A stretch of DNA of 64,000 bases from a virus (lineage: Duplodnaviria; Caudoviricetes). The stretch is from positions 32,001 to 96,000 of IMG/VR virus record IMGVR_UViG_3300037067_012889. One strand, 5' to 3'. The position numbers and the translations under genes are program-made. Below, in pieces: positions 36,104 through 44,849 of this stretch. Each line of letters begins with the position of its first letter. Position 1 is the first letter of the stretch. The notes beneath the pieces are model-generated. The model was not told the DNA's origin and did no database searches. It saw nothing but the letters and a program-made list of their open reading frames with translations.

Positions 36104-37666
36104 ATGCTCAGCTTCACCGAACAGTTTCTCGCAGCTCGCAAGGTCGGCGTTCCTCTCATCGGAATCGAAAGCAGCGATCCTGGTGCGACGATGAAGACGC
36201 TGGTCAAGGACTGCTCCGAAACGCCTGTTTCTGCTGCTGTCGTTACGTGGAATTCGGCCACTGGTGTTGTTGGCAACAACGTTGCTGGTGAGAAACTGGC
36301 ATCGCGTCTGAACGAAGACCCCGACATCGCCGCTCCGATCGCTTTTCTGACCGCAATCGCCAGCGACGTCACGCCGGGATGGACCATCATCGGGATGCAA
36401 GCGGCAACCGATTGGTTCGACAACCCGGTCGTTCGTCAGGCCATCTGGAATCTCCGCGACAACTTCAAGCGTCGTGGTTGCACTCTCGTCCTGCTCTCGG
36501 ACGTCATCCAGCTACCGAACAGCCTCAAAAACGACGTCGTCATCATCGAAGAGCCGATGCCGAACGAAGAGCAGTTGGCCGGAATCGTCAAGACGCTCGA
36601 CGCACAAACGAGCCGTTGCGATTGTGGCGGCGTCAAGGGCTGCACGAAGTGCAAGGGGACTGGCATCAAGACGAAGCGGCCGTTGTGTGACGAGGACACG
36701 GTTGGCCGCGTGGTCGAAGCCGTGAAGGGCTTGCCGTACTTCGGTGCTGAACAGGTCGTGGCGATGGCACTCCGCAATCAGCCGGTCGCCGGACAGAAGC
36801 CCACGAGCTGCATCGACCTCGAACACTGCTGGAGTGCGAAGCGGAAGCAGGTCGAGCAGACGAAGGGGCTGTCGATCCATCGTGGCGGCGAGACTTTCGA
36901 TGATCTCGGTGGTCTCGACCAAATCAAGACCTACTTGAGTCGCATCATGACGGGCCGCAAGGCTCCGAAGCTCATCGTGTGGCTCGACGAAATCGAGAAG
37001 ACCGGCTTGGCAAATCGTGGCGACACGAGCGGCGTCAATCAGGACCAGGAAGGTACACTGCTTTCCTGGATGGAAGATTTCGACGTCTTCGGTGTCATGC
37101 TCCTTGGCGTTCCGGGTTGCGGCAAGTCGGCCATCTGCAAGGCGGTTGGTGCCGAATACGATCGCGTCGTCATCCGAATCGATCTCGGTGCGATGCAAGG
37201 CTCGCTGGTCGGCCAAAGCCAGACCAACATCCGAGCAGCCTTGAAGGTGGTGCAGGCCATCGGTGGTACCGACACGCTGTGGCTGGCGACGAGCAACAGC
37301 ATCAGCGGCTTGTCCTCTGCGATGAAGTCCCGATTCACCGACACCTTCTTTTTCGACCTGCCGCCGAAGGAAGAGCGTCTGCCGATTTGGAAGGTGTGGC
37401 TCGACAAGAACGGCCTCTCGGACAAGCCTTTCACGAACGACGAAGGCTGGGTCGCCCGCAACATCAAGAAGTGCTGCGACAAGGCGTTCCGAATGGGCAT
37501 CTCCATCGCGGAAGCCGCCACATACATCACCCCTGTTGGCCTGACCGACCGCGAGGACATCAAGAATCTGCGGTCCTGCGCCGACAACCGGTACCTCTCG
37601 GCCTCTCATGCTGGCGTCTACAAGGTGCCGAAGACCGTCGAGCCGGAACGGGCTTTGAGCCTCTGA
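36104..37666 (+). CDS. Ycf46-like AAA+ ATPase with swapped Walker A/B segments
   Basis: GGL..IK, WLDEIEK, GVPGCGKS, ATSN, RF...FFFDLP; CxxCxGxG insertion. Confidence 0.9.
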   Translation: MLSFTEQFLAARKVGVPLIGIESSDPGATMKTLVKDCSETPVSAAVVTWNSATGVVGNNVAGEKLASRLNEDPDIAAPIAFLTAIASDVTPGWTIIGMQAATDWFDNPVVRQAIWNLRDNFKRRGCTLVLLSDVIQLPNSLKNDVVIIEEPMPNEEQLAGIVKTLDAQTSRCDCGGVKGCTKCKGTGIKTKRPLCDEDTVGRVVEAVKGLPYFGAEQVVAMALRNQPVAGQKPTSCIDLEHCWSAKRKQVEQTKGLSIHRGGETFDDLGGLDQIKTYLSRIMTGRKAPKLIVWLDEIEKTGLANRGDTSGVNQDQEGTLLSWMEDFDVFGVMLLGVPGCGKSAICKAVGAEYDRVVIRIDLGAMQGSLVGQSQTNIRAALKVVQAIGGTDTLWLATSNSISGLSSAMKSRFTDTFFFDLPPKEERLPIWKVWLDKNGLSDKPFTNDEGWVARNIKKCCDKAFRMGISIAEAATYITPVGLTDREDIKNLRSCADNRYLSASHAGVYKVPKTVEPERALSL

Positions 37667-37859
37667 TACGTCCTGTGTCACAACTCGATCGGATGTGGCT
37701 CGTAGTCGCTCCGATCGGGTTGTTTTCTTTGAGGTAATAGATGAAAACCCGCGAATTGGTGAAACTGTTAATTGGTGCGCTATTAATAACTGGTGTGTGT
37801 TGGCTTGTGCATCTGGTCGAGTGGTGTTGTCAGCCATAGTCGAGATGGCAAACAGGCGG

Positions 37860-37888
37860 TTAATAATTACCCCTCATCGTGCTATAAC
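37860..37888 (+). promoter_or_regulatory. Phage promoter motif
   Basis: TTAA-N14-CGTGCTATAAC. Confidence 0.75.
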
Positions 37889-37925
37889 TAGTTACCGGAA
37901 AACAACATCTAACAGGAGATAGACG

Positions 37926-38882
37926 ATGACCGAGATCGAAAAAGCCCAATCAGAAGACGCTCAAGCCGCAAACGTGCTCGATTTGACAACCTGCTTGCTG
38001 CTCCGATTCCACAAAACCGGCCTCATTCGGAAGGGCAACATCACCAAAATCCAAACGATTGCCAACAAGAAACGTCTTGGACTCAACAAGAAGATTCTGA
38101 CCAGCGGGAATTACGACAGCATGATGCTCATCGCCCGCGACATTCGCCGCTACGCCGTGAAGCGTCAGGTCCCAGGGTCGCCGTTCTCGGAAGGAACTCA
38201 CCTGATCCCATTGCCACTCGTCGACGACCTGAACGACAAGATCACGAATGCTGAGAACGCGTACAACACGTGGGCCGACATGTTCGTCGACGAATACGCC
38301 AACCTGGTCGAGGAAGCGAAAGAGGAATTGCAAGATCAGTTCGATCCCAACAACTACTTCGACGTGAGCACCGATTCAGGTCGCAACGCACTGCGTGCCA
38401 AGTTCTGGGTAGAGCGGCGATGGTTCGACTGGTCGCCGTCCAGCGACAAGAAGGTGTCGAGTGTGGTTGCCTCACAGGAAAGGCGTCGTCAAGCAACCGA
38501 AATCCAGGATATGGCACTGCAGGTCAAAGCAGCGTTGCGGATGGGCTTGAAGAAACTCATCGACCATCTGGTCGAGCGTCTGACGCCTACCCCTGGTGGC
38601 GCTCGCAAGATGTTCGCTCCGACGACGATCACGAAAATCGCTGATTTCTTGGAGTTGTTCTCTGCCCGCAATGTCTGCGGTGACAAGGAATTGGCACTGC
38701 TCGCCGATCAAGCACGTGAGGTGCTCGACGGTCAAACTGCAGAATCTATCAGAGGCGACGAAGAAGTACAATCGGTCGTCGCCGGACATATGTCAACGAT
38801 CAAGGAAGGGTTGGACAAACTGCTGCAAGACATGCCAGAACGTGTCATCAACCTGGACGATGATGAGGATGATGATGAATAA
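37926..38882 (+). CDS. Helical protein, DUF3150-like AAA-module partner
   Basis: K.IL...G..LIP...F..EY...F....Y...KF...F...NV..D.EL pattern; position after AAA gene. Confidence 0.6.
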   Translation: MTEIEKAQSEDAQAANVLDLTTCLLLRFHKTGLIRKGNITKIQTIANKKRLGLNKKILTSGNYDSMMLIARDIRRYAVKRQVPGSPFSEGTHLIPLPLVDDLNDKITNAENAYNTWADMFVDEYANLVEEAKEELQDQFDPNNYFDVSTDSGRNALRAKFWVERRWFDWSPSSDKKVSSVVASQERRRQATEIQDMALQVKAALRMGLKKLIDHLVERLTPTPGGARKMFAPTTITKIADFLELFSARNVCGDKELALLADQAREVLDGQTAESIRGDEEVQSVVAGHMSTIKEGLDKLLQDMPERVINLDDDEDDDE

Positions 38883-39210
38883 GCTCGTCAAATTACTACT
38901 ACAGGTCCTAGTGTGGCCTGTAGTAGTAATTTTTCGATGGTTCGATGGTGATCGATTATCATCACTTCAAGCATGGTCTGATGAAGTCTTAAAGGACGAC
39001 CAAGACCTCGACAATGAGGGATTTCTAAAGAAGGTCCAAGAAGATAATCTCACCAAAACACTATTCCCTACCGAATTTGCTAAGAAGGTAGCAGAGATTT
39101 ACGGTGCAACGGGGTGTGTTAGCACTGCTGCTCCTCTCGACATCCAAAATAAGGACTCTGACAAGCCAGAAATAGATACAGGCGACGAAAGAGTTATCTG
39201 TCTCGATTAA
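38875..39210 (+). CDS. Hypothetical membrane-anchored protein
   Basis: Hydrophobic N-terminus. Confidence 0.5.
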   Translation: MNKLVKLLLQVLVWPVVVIFRWFDGDRLSSLQAWSDEVLKDDQDLDNEGFLKKVQEDNLTKTLFPTEFAKKVAEIYGATGCVSTAAPLDIQNKDSDKPEIDTGDERVICLD

Positions 39211-39235
39211 TAATTACCCGGATTCGTGCTATAAC
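39207..39235 (+). promoter_or_regulatory. Phage promoter motif
   Basis: TTAA(stop)-N14-CGTGCTATAAC. Confidence 0.75.
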
Positions 39236-39267
39236 TGGGTAGCGGGAAAGCAAATACAGGAGCAATC

Positions 39268-39714
39268 ATGTCACACGTCGTCGCGATCAAGCTCGAAATC
39301 AAAGACCTGAAAGCATTGGCCGAAGCAGCGAAAGCTCTCGGAGCCGAATTCGTCGAAGGTAAAAAGACCTTCCGATGGTACGGCAGATGGGTGAACGACT
39401 ACAGCGAAGAGAATGCCGCGTACAAGAACGGCATCGACCCGAAGGACTACGGGAAGTGCGATCACATCATCAGTCATCCCGACTGCTGCTACGACATTGG
39501 ACTCGTCAAGCAGTCGAATGGCACGTTCCTTGTCGTAGCCGACGAGTGGCATGCTGGTGGATTGGCACAGGTGTTCGGAAGTGGAATGTCGAAGCTCAAA
39601 CAGCGGTACGCGGTTTCCGTCGCCGCTCGAACCATGCGAGCCAAGGGATGGCGTGTCTCCGAGCGACCCGGCCAAAAGGCCGACAGCGTTCGTCTTGTCT
39701 GCACCAAAATGTGA
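39268..39714 (+). CDS. DUF1257 (Ycf35-like) protein
   Basis: MSH...I..EI.D...L..A...LG; DIG......G.F..VAD.W; L.Q.YA. Confidence 0.8.
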   Translation: MSHVVAIKLEIKDLKALAEAAKALGAEFVEGKKTFRWYGRWVNDYSEENAAYKNGIDPKDYGKCDHIISHPDCCYDIGLVKQSNGTFLVVADEWHAGGLAQVFGSGMSKLKQRYAVSVAARTMRAKGWRVSERPGQKADSVRLVCTKM

Positions 39715-39724
39715 AAGGGAGAAA

Positions 39725-39910
39725 ATGCAAACGATCACGATCGATATCGATACCGATGGGTCACCAACGATCAAAGTCAACGGTGTCCCCGGCAAGTCGT
39801 GCAAGGACGTCACAAAAACCGTTGAACGTGCTCTCGGGACAGTCACCTCGGATAAATCGACGCCTGAAATGTACCAACCGGAGAAGGCCCAACGACATGT
39901 CAGCCAATGA
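39725..39910 (+). CDS. DUF2997 protein
   Basis: I.I.I..DG...I.V.G..G.SC...T...E.ALG.V.....T.E.Y. Confidence 0.85.
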   Translation: MQTITIDIDTDGSPTIKVNGVPGKSCKDVTKTVERALGTVTSDKSTPEMYQPEKAQRHVSQ

Positions 39911-40157
39911 ACTCTTAATCGACGTGCTCGATGACGGCAGCTTGGCCGCGATCCACAACGATGCGTTGGTGGATTTGTATAGCGAAGGCCAGACGACCAT
40001 ACGGCGTGCAAGCAACGTTGAGCCGGTCGTAGTAGATGGCAAGGTGGCATGGGTTGCAGACCTCTCGCCTGTTGGTGGTCCGAAGCTCGAACCATGCGAC
40101 CTACGGGCCGACGCACTCGCGGCCGAGGTTGTTTGGTTGCAAGAGAACGGATTCTAA
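39897..40157 (+). CDS. Small conserved protein of the DUF1257/DUF2997 module
   Basis: IRRAS.VEP...W.ADLSPVGGP.L...R.DALAAE..WL. Confidence 0.7.
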   Translation: MSANELLIDVLDDGSLAAIHNDALVDLYSEGQTTIRRASNVEPVVVDGKVAWVADLSPVGGPKLEPCDLRADALAAEVVWLQENGF

Positions 40158-40159
40158 TC

Positions 40160-40174
40160 TTTCCAGAATGGAAA
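40160..40174. repeat. TTTCCA-N3-TGGAAA palindrome
   Basis: TTTCCAGAATGGAAA, 2 nt after stop. Confidence 0.85.
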
Positions 40175-40178
40175 TCAA

Positions 40179-40358
40179 GTGCAAGTAGGTCATCACATCC
40201 TGGAAGCATTGCGGTACGCAGCGAAACAACCGTGCCATCGATCTAACTGCGGCACAGTATGTAAGTGTGGTCCATGTCACGCACGAGCAGCACTCCAAGT
40301 TGTTGAAGAACGAGAACACAAACGCCTAAAGGCAAAATATGAGCAGCGAAACACATGA
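40179..40358 (+). CDS. Small Cys-rich protein (59 aa)
   Basis: Hand-translated, GTG start. Confidence 0.4.
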   Translation: MQVGHHILEALRYAAKQPCHRSNCGTVCKCGPCHARAALQVVEEREHKRLKAKYEQRNT

Positions 40359-40998
40359 AAGCTATGGCATGGTAGGGTTCTCGCGGACGAGTTGCCGCCC
40401 TGGTGTCAACCTCTTCGGATCGGCTATCAAACACGCCAACATTATAACACTACGTATCAAGCAGGCCAAAAAAGAACGCAGCTTGAACGAAGATCGGTAT
40501 TATGGTGGCGAATCGCTCATCGAGGTCGCCATGAGCCAAAACCAGTTTGCCGAAGCTATTACAGCGATGAATGTCGGCGACGGCGTTCCGTGCACTATCC
40601 GGCGAATTGGGAAGACCGGCGTGGCTGATTGCCCAGAAGAAACTGTGCGGCAAGTGTTCGAACAGGAATTCAAGCAGCATTGTGCTGAAATCGTAGAAGC
40701 TGCTGCTGGTCTGGTATCGAAGGCAGGGAAGATGCTGGAACAGAAGACGGTCAAAAAATCGGAATTGAAGGAACTTATCTCCGTTCTCAGGAAGCTTTCG
40801 ATTGAGCTTAATTGCAATCTACCATTCGTCGGCAGCCAGTTCAACGACGCGATGGATAAGATTGTCACTGACGGCAAGAATACCGTCGAAGCCTACATCT
40901 TACACCGGCTTACCGAGCTTGGTACCAAGGCACTCAGCAAAGAGATTGACGATTCGAACGAGCTTCCGGCAATCACTTTCCAGGGTACATTGGGTTAA
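40339..40998 (+). CDS. Conserved-looking phage hypothetical protein
   Basis: H.SYG...SR...LFGS ... EV.MS..QFA..IT..N.G.GVPCTI. Confidence 0.75.
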   Translation: MSSETHESYGMVGFSRTSCRPGVNLFGSAIKHANIITLRIKQAKKERSLNEDRYYGGESLIEVAMSQNQFAEAITAMNVGDGVPCTIRRIGKTGVADCPEETVRQVFEQEFKQHCAEIVEAAAGLVSKAGKMLEQKTVKKSELKELISVLRKLSIELNCNLPFVGSQFNDAMDKIVTDGKNTVEAYILHRLTELGTKALSKEIDDSNELPAITFQGTLG

Positions 40999-41046
40999 AT
41001 CCGTTACTATTTCGTGCTATAACTGGGTAGCGGGGAGGGAGGTCCG
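40995..41046 (+). promoter_or_regulatory. Promoter motif with conserved GGGGAGGGAGGTCC leader
   Basis: TTAA(stop)-N14-CGTGCTATAAC. Confidence 0.75.
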
Positions 41047-41065
41047 ACCGCATAGGAGGCATGAA

Positions 41066-41275
41066 ATGGCTAGCTCGAAAATCGTCAGAATTCCGGTGGA
41101 TCGTCTCGACTTCATTGTCAATGTTCTGACCTCAATCAACGACGCATCAGAAGAATGGGTCTTGTCATTTTCTGGCAAGACAAAGCATGAAGCCATCAAG
41201 AACGTTGTTGAGGGACTCAGGCTCATCGCACATCCGGTCGAAGCGATCGCACCAAACACAGGAGATTCAAAGTGA
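41066..41275 (+). CDS. Hypothetical protein
   Basis: AGGAGG RBS. Confidence 0.6.
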   Translation: MASSKIVRIPVDRLDFIVNVLTSINDASEEWVLSFSGKTKHEAIKNVVEGLRLIAHPVEAIAPNTGDSK

Positions 41276-41673
41276 TTACGACAACGATCGATGTTAAGCT
41301 CCACGATGTCGTCAAGATGCCCGATGGTTCCCAATTCATCATTGTCGACATCAAGCCGAATCGGCCATCCAACCAATTTGTCGGCATCTTGGTCAACGGC
41401 AAAGGTGCCCCGTACAAATTCGGCTTTCGGCATCGTCCGGCAGTGGTAGGACATGCCGAAGACAACCACCCTGCACTCGTGGCATATCTGCAACGCACAC
41501 AACGTGTCTTTACCGGATTCTGCAACAATTCGAATCCAGCTATGGCATCGACGACTGCGGTGTTCTTTCACCTTCTCGAAGCCGTCGAAGCCGACGACAT
41601 GCCGAAGGCAAAGATTCTTGCCGCCGCCATCAGAACGATGCCGGGATACGCCATTGCAAACCTAATTAAGTGA
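41272..41673 (+). CDS. Hypothetical protein
   Basis: ACAGGAGAT RBS, GTG start. Confidence 0.65.
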   Translation: MITTTIDVKLHDVVKMPDGSQFIIVDIKPNRPSNQFVGILVNGKGAPYKFGFRHRPAVVGHAEDNHPALVAYLQRTQRVFTGFCNNSNPAMASTTAVFFHLLEAVEADDMPKAKILAAAIRTMPGYAIANLIK

Positions 41674-41687
41674 ACGATGTATCCAGT

Positions 41688-41702
41688 TTTCCAAGATGGA
41701 AA
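41688..41702. repeat. TTTCCA-N3-TGGAAA palindrome
   Basis: TTTCCAAGATGGAAA. Confidence 0.85.
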
Positions 41703-42046
41703 GGAAGTGCATCATACCCTGCTACACCGTGCAAACAATGTCGGTAGCTTTCAAGGCCGAGAATAAGGATCTCCTGGTCGAAGCTTTGAAAGCCATCGAC
41801 TATCCATTCCGTTATATCGGAAACAAAATCGAGGTCCGGACTCCCGGTGGAATGATAACTTTAGACCTCGCTGCCGAGACGGCCTCCCTCTCCGGCCAGG
41901 ATACCAAATTCCTCCAAGAAACGTTGAACAAACTGAAACGGTCTTACAGCATGGAAGCCATCAAGGTAATTGCTAAGAAGCAGCACTGGACGCTCAAGAC
42001 CAAAGCTTCCAATAAAATGGCGGGTGTCCTTCAACGCCGGAATTAG
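41696..42046 (+). CDS. Divergent DUF1257-like protein
   Basis: DLL..AL..., LKR.YS...I...A.K..W; start uncertain. Confidence 0.55.
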   Translation: MERKCIIPCYTVQTMSVAFKAENKDLLVEALKAIDYPFRYIGNKIEVRTPGGMITLDLAAETASLSGQDTKFLQETLNKLKRSYSMEAIKVIAKKQHWTLKTKASNKMAGVLQRRN

Positions 42047-42051
42047 GAGAA

Positions 42052-42309
42052 ATGGTGGCCACATTATCTGAAATGAATGGCGGTTTTGACTCGATCCCAT
42101 TTGAAATTCTTGAGGATGGCACGATTAGCATCAAAACCGATCGCATCAGCGGGACAAATCACATGTCAGCCGACGACCTACTGGCCGACTTAGCTAAGGT
42201 CATGGGTGGCGAACACACATCAAAACAGCGGGAAGACGTCAAGGTCCCACTTCGTCATCACCATCACGGCCACGAGCACGGACACGAGCACGGCCATCTA
42301 CATCAATGA
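42052..42309 (+). CDS. Divergent DUF2997-like protein with His-rich tail
   Basis: FEILEDGTISI.T; HHHHGHEHGHEH tail. Confidence 0.55.
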   Translation: MVATLSEMNGGFDSIPFEILEDGTISIKTDRISGTNHMSADDLLADLAKVMGGEHTSKQREDVKVPLRHHHHGHEHGHEHGHLHQ

Positions 42310-42947
42310 AACTATCTGAATTGCAAAACGGCTGGGAACTAATCGAATCCATGAATAATGAGATTCGATTAGCCGATGGCATCGTTGGCGAGATTCAAGA
42401 CCACAATCGCCGACGAGCTGCCATGCAGTTTATGCAGCATAAACTGTTGAAGGAAGACGAGACCACAGATCCGCAAACGGGGATCTTCTTCTGGGTTCCG
42501 ATCATCGGATCCAAAATCACTTGGCGTCTCGAAACGTTTTTCGATTCACAATTCCCAGTCAACTCAGAACATAGCCAAGGTTTGGATCATCAAGGCATTT
42601 GGCTCCGATGGGCAAATACCATTCTTGGAAAAGATGATTCCGACGCACCAAGAGAAATAAGGCATCATTATAGTGGTTTGCCGCGTGGCAGGGTGACAGT
42701 TACGAAAGAACGAAAATATATCGGGGCACCAGCAACCAAGGTCTGGCTGATTCTCAACGGTGGCGATGCACCAATGCCGGAAGCAAAAGCAGGCAAGCTA
42801 CTCGCCTCACGATTCTGTCTTCCGGACGGCCAATGGAAGTACGTATTTGACGATCATGAACGCATGCTAGCCGATGACGTCAAGGCCATTCAACGCTATC
42901 TTGGCCGCGATTTAGGGTTACTCAAAAAAGTGGCCAAATTCGACTAA
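42306..42947 (+). CDS. Hypothetical protein
   Basis: PRGRV motif; N-terminal M.L..L...IES leader. Confidence 0.65.
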   Translation: MKLSELQNGWELIESMNNEIRLADGIVGEIQDHNRRRAAMQFMQHKLLKEDETTDPQTGIFFWVPIIGSKITWRLETFFDSQFPVNSEHSQGLDHQGIWLRWANTILGKDDSDAPREIRHHYSGLPRGRVTVTKERKYIGAPATKVWLILNGGDAPMPEAKAGKLLASRFCLPDGQWKYVFDDHERMLADDVKAIQRYLGRDLGLLKKVAKFD

Positions 42948-42960
42948 TTGCTAGTTTTAG

Positions 42961-42989
42961 TTAACGAGGAATATGTCTGGTGCTATAAC
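42961..42989 (+). promoter_or_regulatory. Phage promoter motif
   Basis: TTAA-N14-GGTGCTATAAC. Confidence 0.75.
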
Positions 42990-43031
42990 TAGACAGAGGG
43001 GACACAGCACACAGCAAATAGGAGATTTATC

Positions 43032-43460
43032 TTGGCGAAAATGACCGAAAACGACAAAATTGCGAAGTATGGTGTGGTTGTGCAACTCGTCATGAGCCAC
43101 TCGAAACCCGACGAGGGAGCACATGCTATCCGGATGAAGGACGGTGTTTACGCTTGCGATTGCAAGGGGTGGGTCTTCTCGAAGTCCGTCCCAAAAACGT
43201 GCAAGCACATTGACTTTTACCTGAAACAGGCAAAGGTCAGCCAGAAAGTCGTCGAGCTGACTGAGATCCAGATCACCGAGAAGTGCCTGAAAACTGCTGG
43301 TTGCTACGACGCCGTCAAGAACGACTGTCCGACGCTTGAAGCTTTTCAGCACAAGCTGGCCCGTCTCGCACAGGCTCTCCTTCCGTATTTCGGAGGGAAC
43401 GGTCCTGCCCTCGCCATGGACACGACCAACGACATCCGTACCATTTGGCTCGACGATTAA
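43032..43460 (+). CDS. SWIM zinc-finger protein
   Basis: CDC..W.F......CKHI; TTG start with AGGAG RBS. Confidence 0.75.
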   Translation: MAKMTENDKIAKYGVVVQLVMSHSKPDEGAHAIRMKDGVYACDCKGWVFSKSVPKTCKHIDFYLKQAKVSQKVVELTEIQITEKCLKTAGCYDAVKNDCPTLEAFQHKLARLAQALLPYFGGNGPALAMDTTNDIRTIWLDD

Positions 43461-43493
43461 CACTCTTTCCTTTATAGAAATCTAGGAGAAACC

Positions 43494-43724
43494 ATGAACG
43501 TCGACGAAATTATCAAATCCGCCAAGGGTCCAAAAGAGAAGATGGCGGAACAGGTCGATCTTGAGGCCCATATTCAGATGTGGGTCCCCGAAGCCGAGCG
43601 AGAAATATGTCTCTCGAATCTTTGCTTTTTGCTACAGATGGAGTATCTACGCGGCCAGCGTGATGCTCTCATTGAAAACATCGAGAGGCAGAAGACTAAG
43701 GCTGACCAGGAACGATCAGCTTAG
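43494..43724 (+). CDS. Hypothetical protein
   Basis: AGGAG RBS. Confidence 0.6.
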   Translation: MNVDEIIKSAKGPKEKMAEQVDLEAHIQMWVPEAEREICLSNLCFLLQMEYLRGQRDALIENIERQKTKADQERSA

Positions 43725-44010
43725 GCGGTTCTGGTGAGACGATCTGCGGTTGGAATTTCGACCGATATTCCGCCGCAAGTTGATCAATGCACACAGATTC
43801 TGTCAAAATATGTGCCGTCGCCACCGCAACAGGCTTGTCCATATCCGATGGGCACCACATCTGTAGCGCAATACCTTGCTGAGTGAAAGTCATCTTCAAC
43901 GGTCGCCTAACGAAGGTGACATCACTATTAGCGGGGTCTGGGTTGTCGGTTGAATCCCAATCGGCAATCATTGTCTCGCCGTTGACGAACTTGTAAATCT
44001 TAGTCAGCAT
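43696..44010 (-). CDS. Small Sm-like phage protein (tentative)
   Basis: K..NGE..IA ... P ... W.P ... Y ... I..P pattern; GGAGG RBS. Confidence 0.55.
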   Translation of the reverse strand: MLTKIYKFVNGETMIADWDSTDNPDPANSDVTFVRRPLKMTFTQQGIALQMWCPSDMDKPVAVATAHILTESVCIDQLAAEYRSKFQPQIVSPEPPKLIVPGQP

Positions 44011-44062
44011 TTGATGGTCCTCCTACAATCTAAGTAGAAATTCCATCAAATACATCATTCGA

Positions 44063-44077
44063 TTTCCAAGATGGAAA
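44063..44077. repeat. TTTCCA-N3-TGGAAA palindrome
   Basis: TTTCCAAGATGGAAA, 9 nt past minus-strand stop. Confidence 0.85.
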
Positions 44078-44086
44078 CTAAACACC

Positions 44087-44575
44087 CTACTCGCCGCTGG
44101 TTGTATATTCGAAGTAAGGTGCAAATCCACCAGCTTCAAGCCGAGGATCCCACGACTGTTCGAGAATCTTCTTTTCCAACTCTTCGACCGCTGTGGCCTC
44201 TTCTTCGAAGGCACAGACATGGCGTTTGGTGTTCGAATGGTCATAATAATACAAATGACCAGAGAACATTTTGTGTCGACGGCTGGTATGTGCACCGGAC
44301 AAATCGATGACATGAGTGGGTTCTTCGCTGTTGATGTCGGCCCAAATACGTAGTATGGGCTTCCCATCGACATACTCCAAGTAGATTGGAGCGTCATCAT
44401 ACCCATCAGCGGACGTCTTAGTAGAACAACCTTCGAGCGAGATGGCAATCCCGTCGCTGTCTTCGCTTTTGACAGTAATGCCGAGACGCGTATCAGCACC
44501 GAGATCTCGAATCTCGAAATATGAACGCGTTGAGGTTGCGATAATTGATCGTTCCATTCTGGCTGGCTTCGTCAT
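44087..44575 (-). CDS. Hypothetical protein
   Basis: PI.LE...G......WADIN.EEPTH.I.L. Confidence 0.65.
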   Translation of the reverse strand: MTKPARMERSIIATSTRSYFEIRDLGADTRLGITVKSEDSDGIAISLEGCSTKTSADGYDDAPIYLEYVDGKPILRIWADINSEEPTHVIDLSGAHTSRRHKMFSGHLYYYDHSNTKRHVCAFEEEATAVEELEKKILEQSWDPRLEAGGFAPYFEYTTSGE

Positions 44576-44796
44576 CAAAGTACCCAATCTGCTGTTGCGT
44601 GTGTGATGGTTTCTTTGCACTTGTTCTTCTTGACGGTGAGCGTGAACCTGACACGCCCATTTACGAGTTTTGCCGACAAGAATCCGATAGCACGATTACC
44701 GGCCTCATCCTCAACAGCAACCCTGGTAATCGTCTTGTCGGAATCGGTGAGCAAACCCTTGCTGAAGGTCGTGTCGAAATCAACTTTGTCTTGCAT
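44575..44796 (-). CDS. Hypothetical protein
   Basis: AGGAG RBS. Confidence 0.65.
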   Translation of the reverse strand: MQDKVDFDTTFSKGLLTDSDKTITRVAVEDEAGNRAIGFLSAKLVNGRVRFTLTVKKNKCKETITHATADWVL

Positions 44797-44815
44797 GCTG
44801 TTTCTCCTATGCCCT

Positions 44816-44844
44816 GTTATAGCATCACAGCGGTAGACGCTTAA
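44816..44844 (-). promoter_or_regulatory. Phage promoter motif
   Basis: TTAA-N14-GATGCTATAAC. Confidence 0.75.
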
Positions 44845-44849
44845 CCTGA

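Noticed and set aside
36512-37837. 441-aa antisense ORF (also 13174-13950, 51979-52797, 55537-56382)
   Set aside because: Shadow frames caused by strong C/G third-position bias of the real plus-strand genes.
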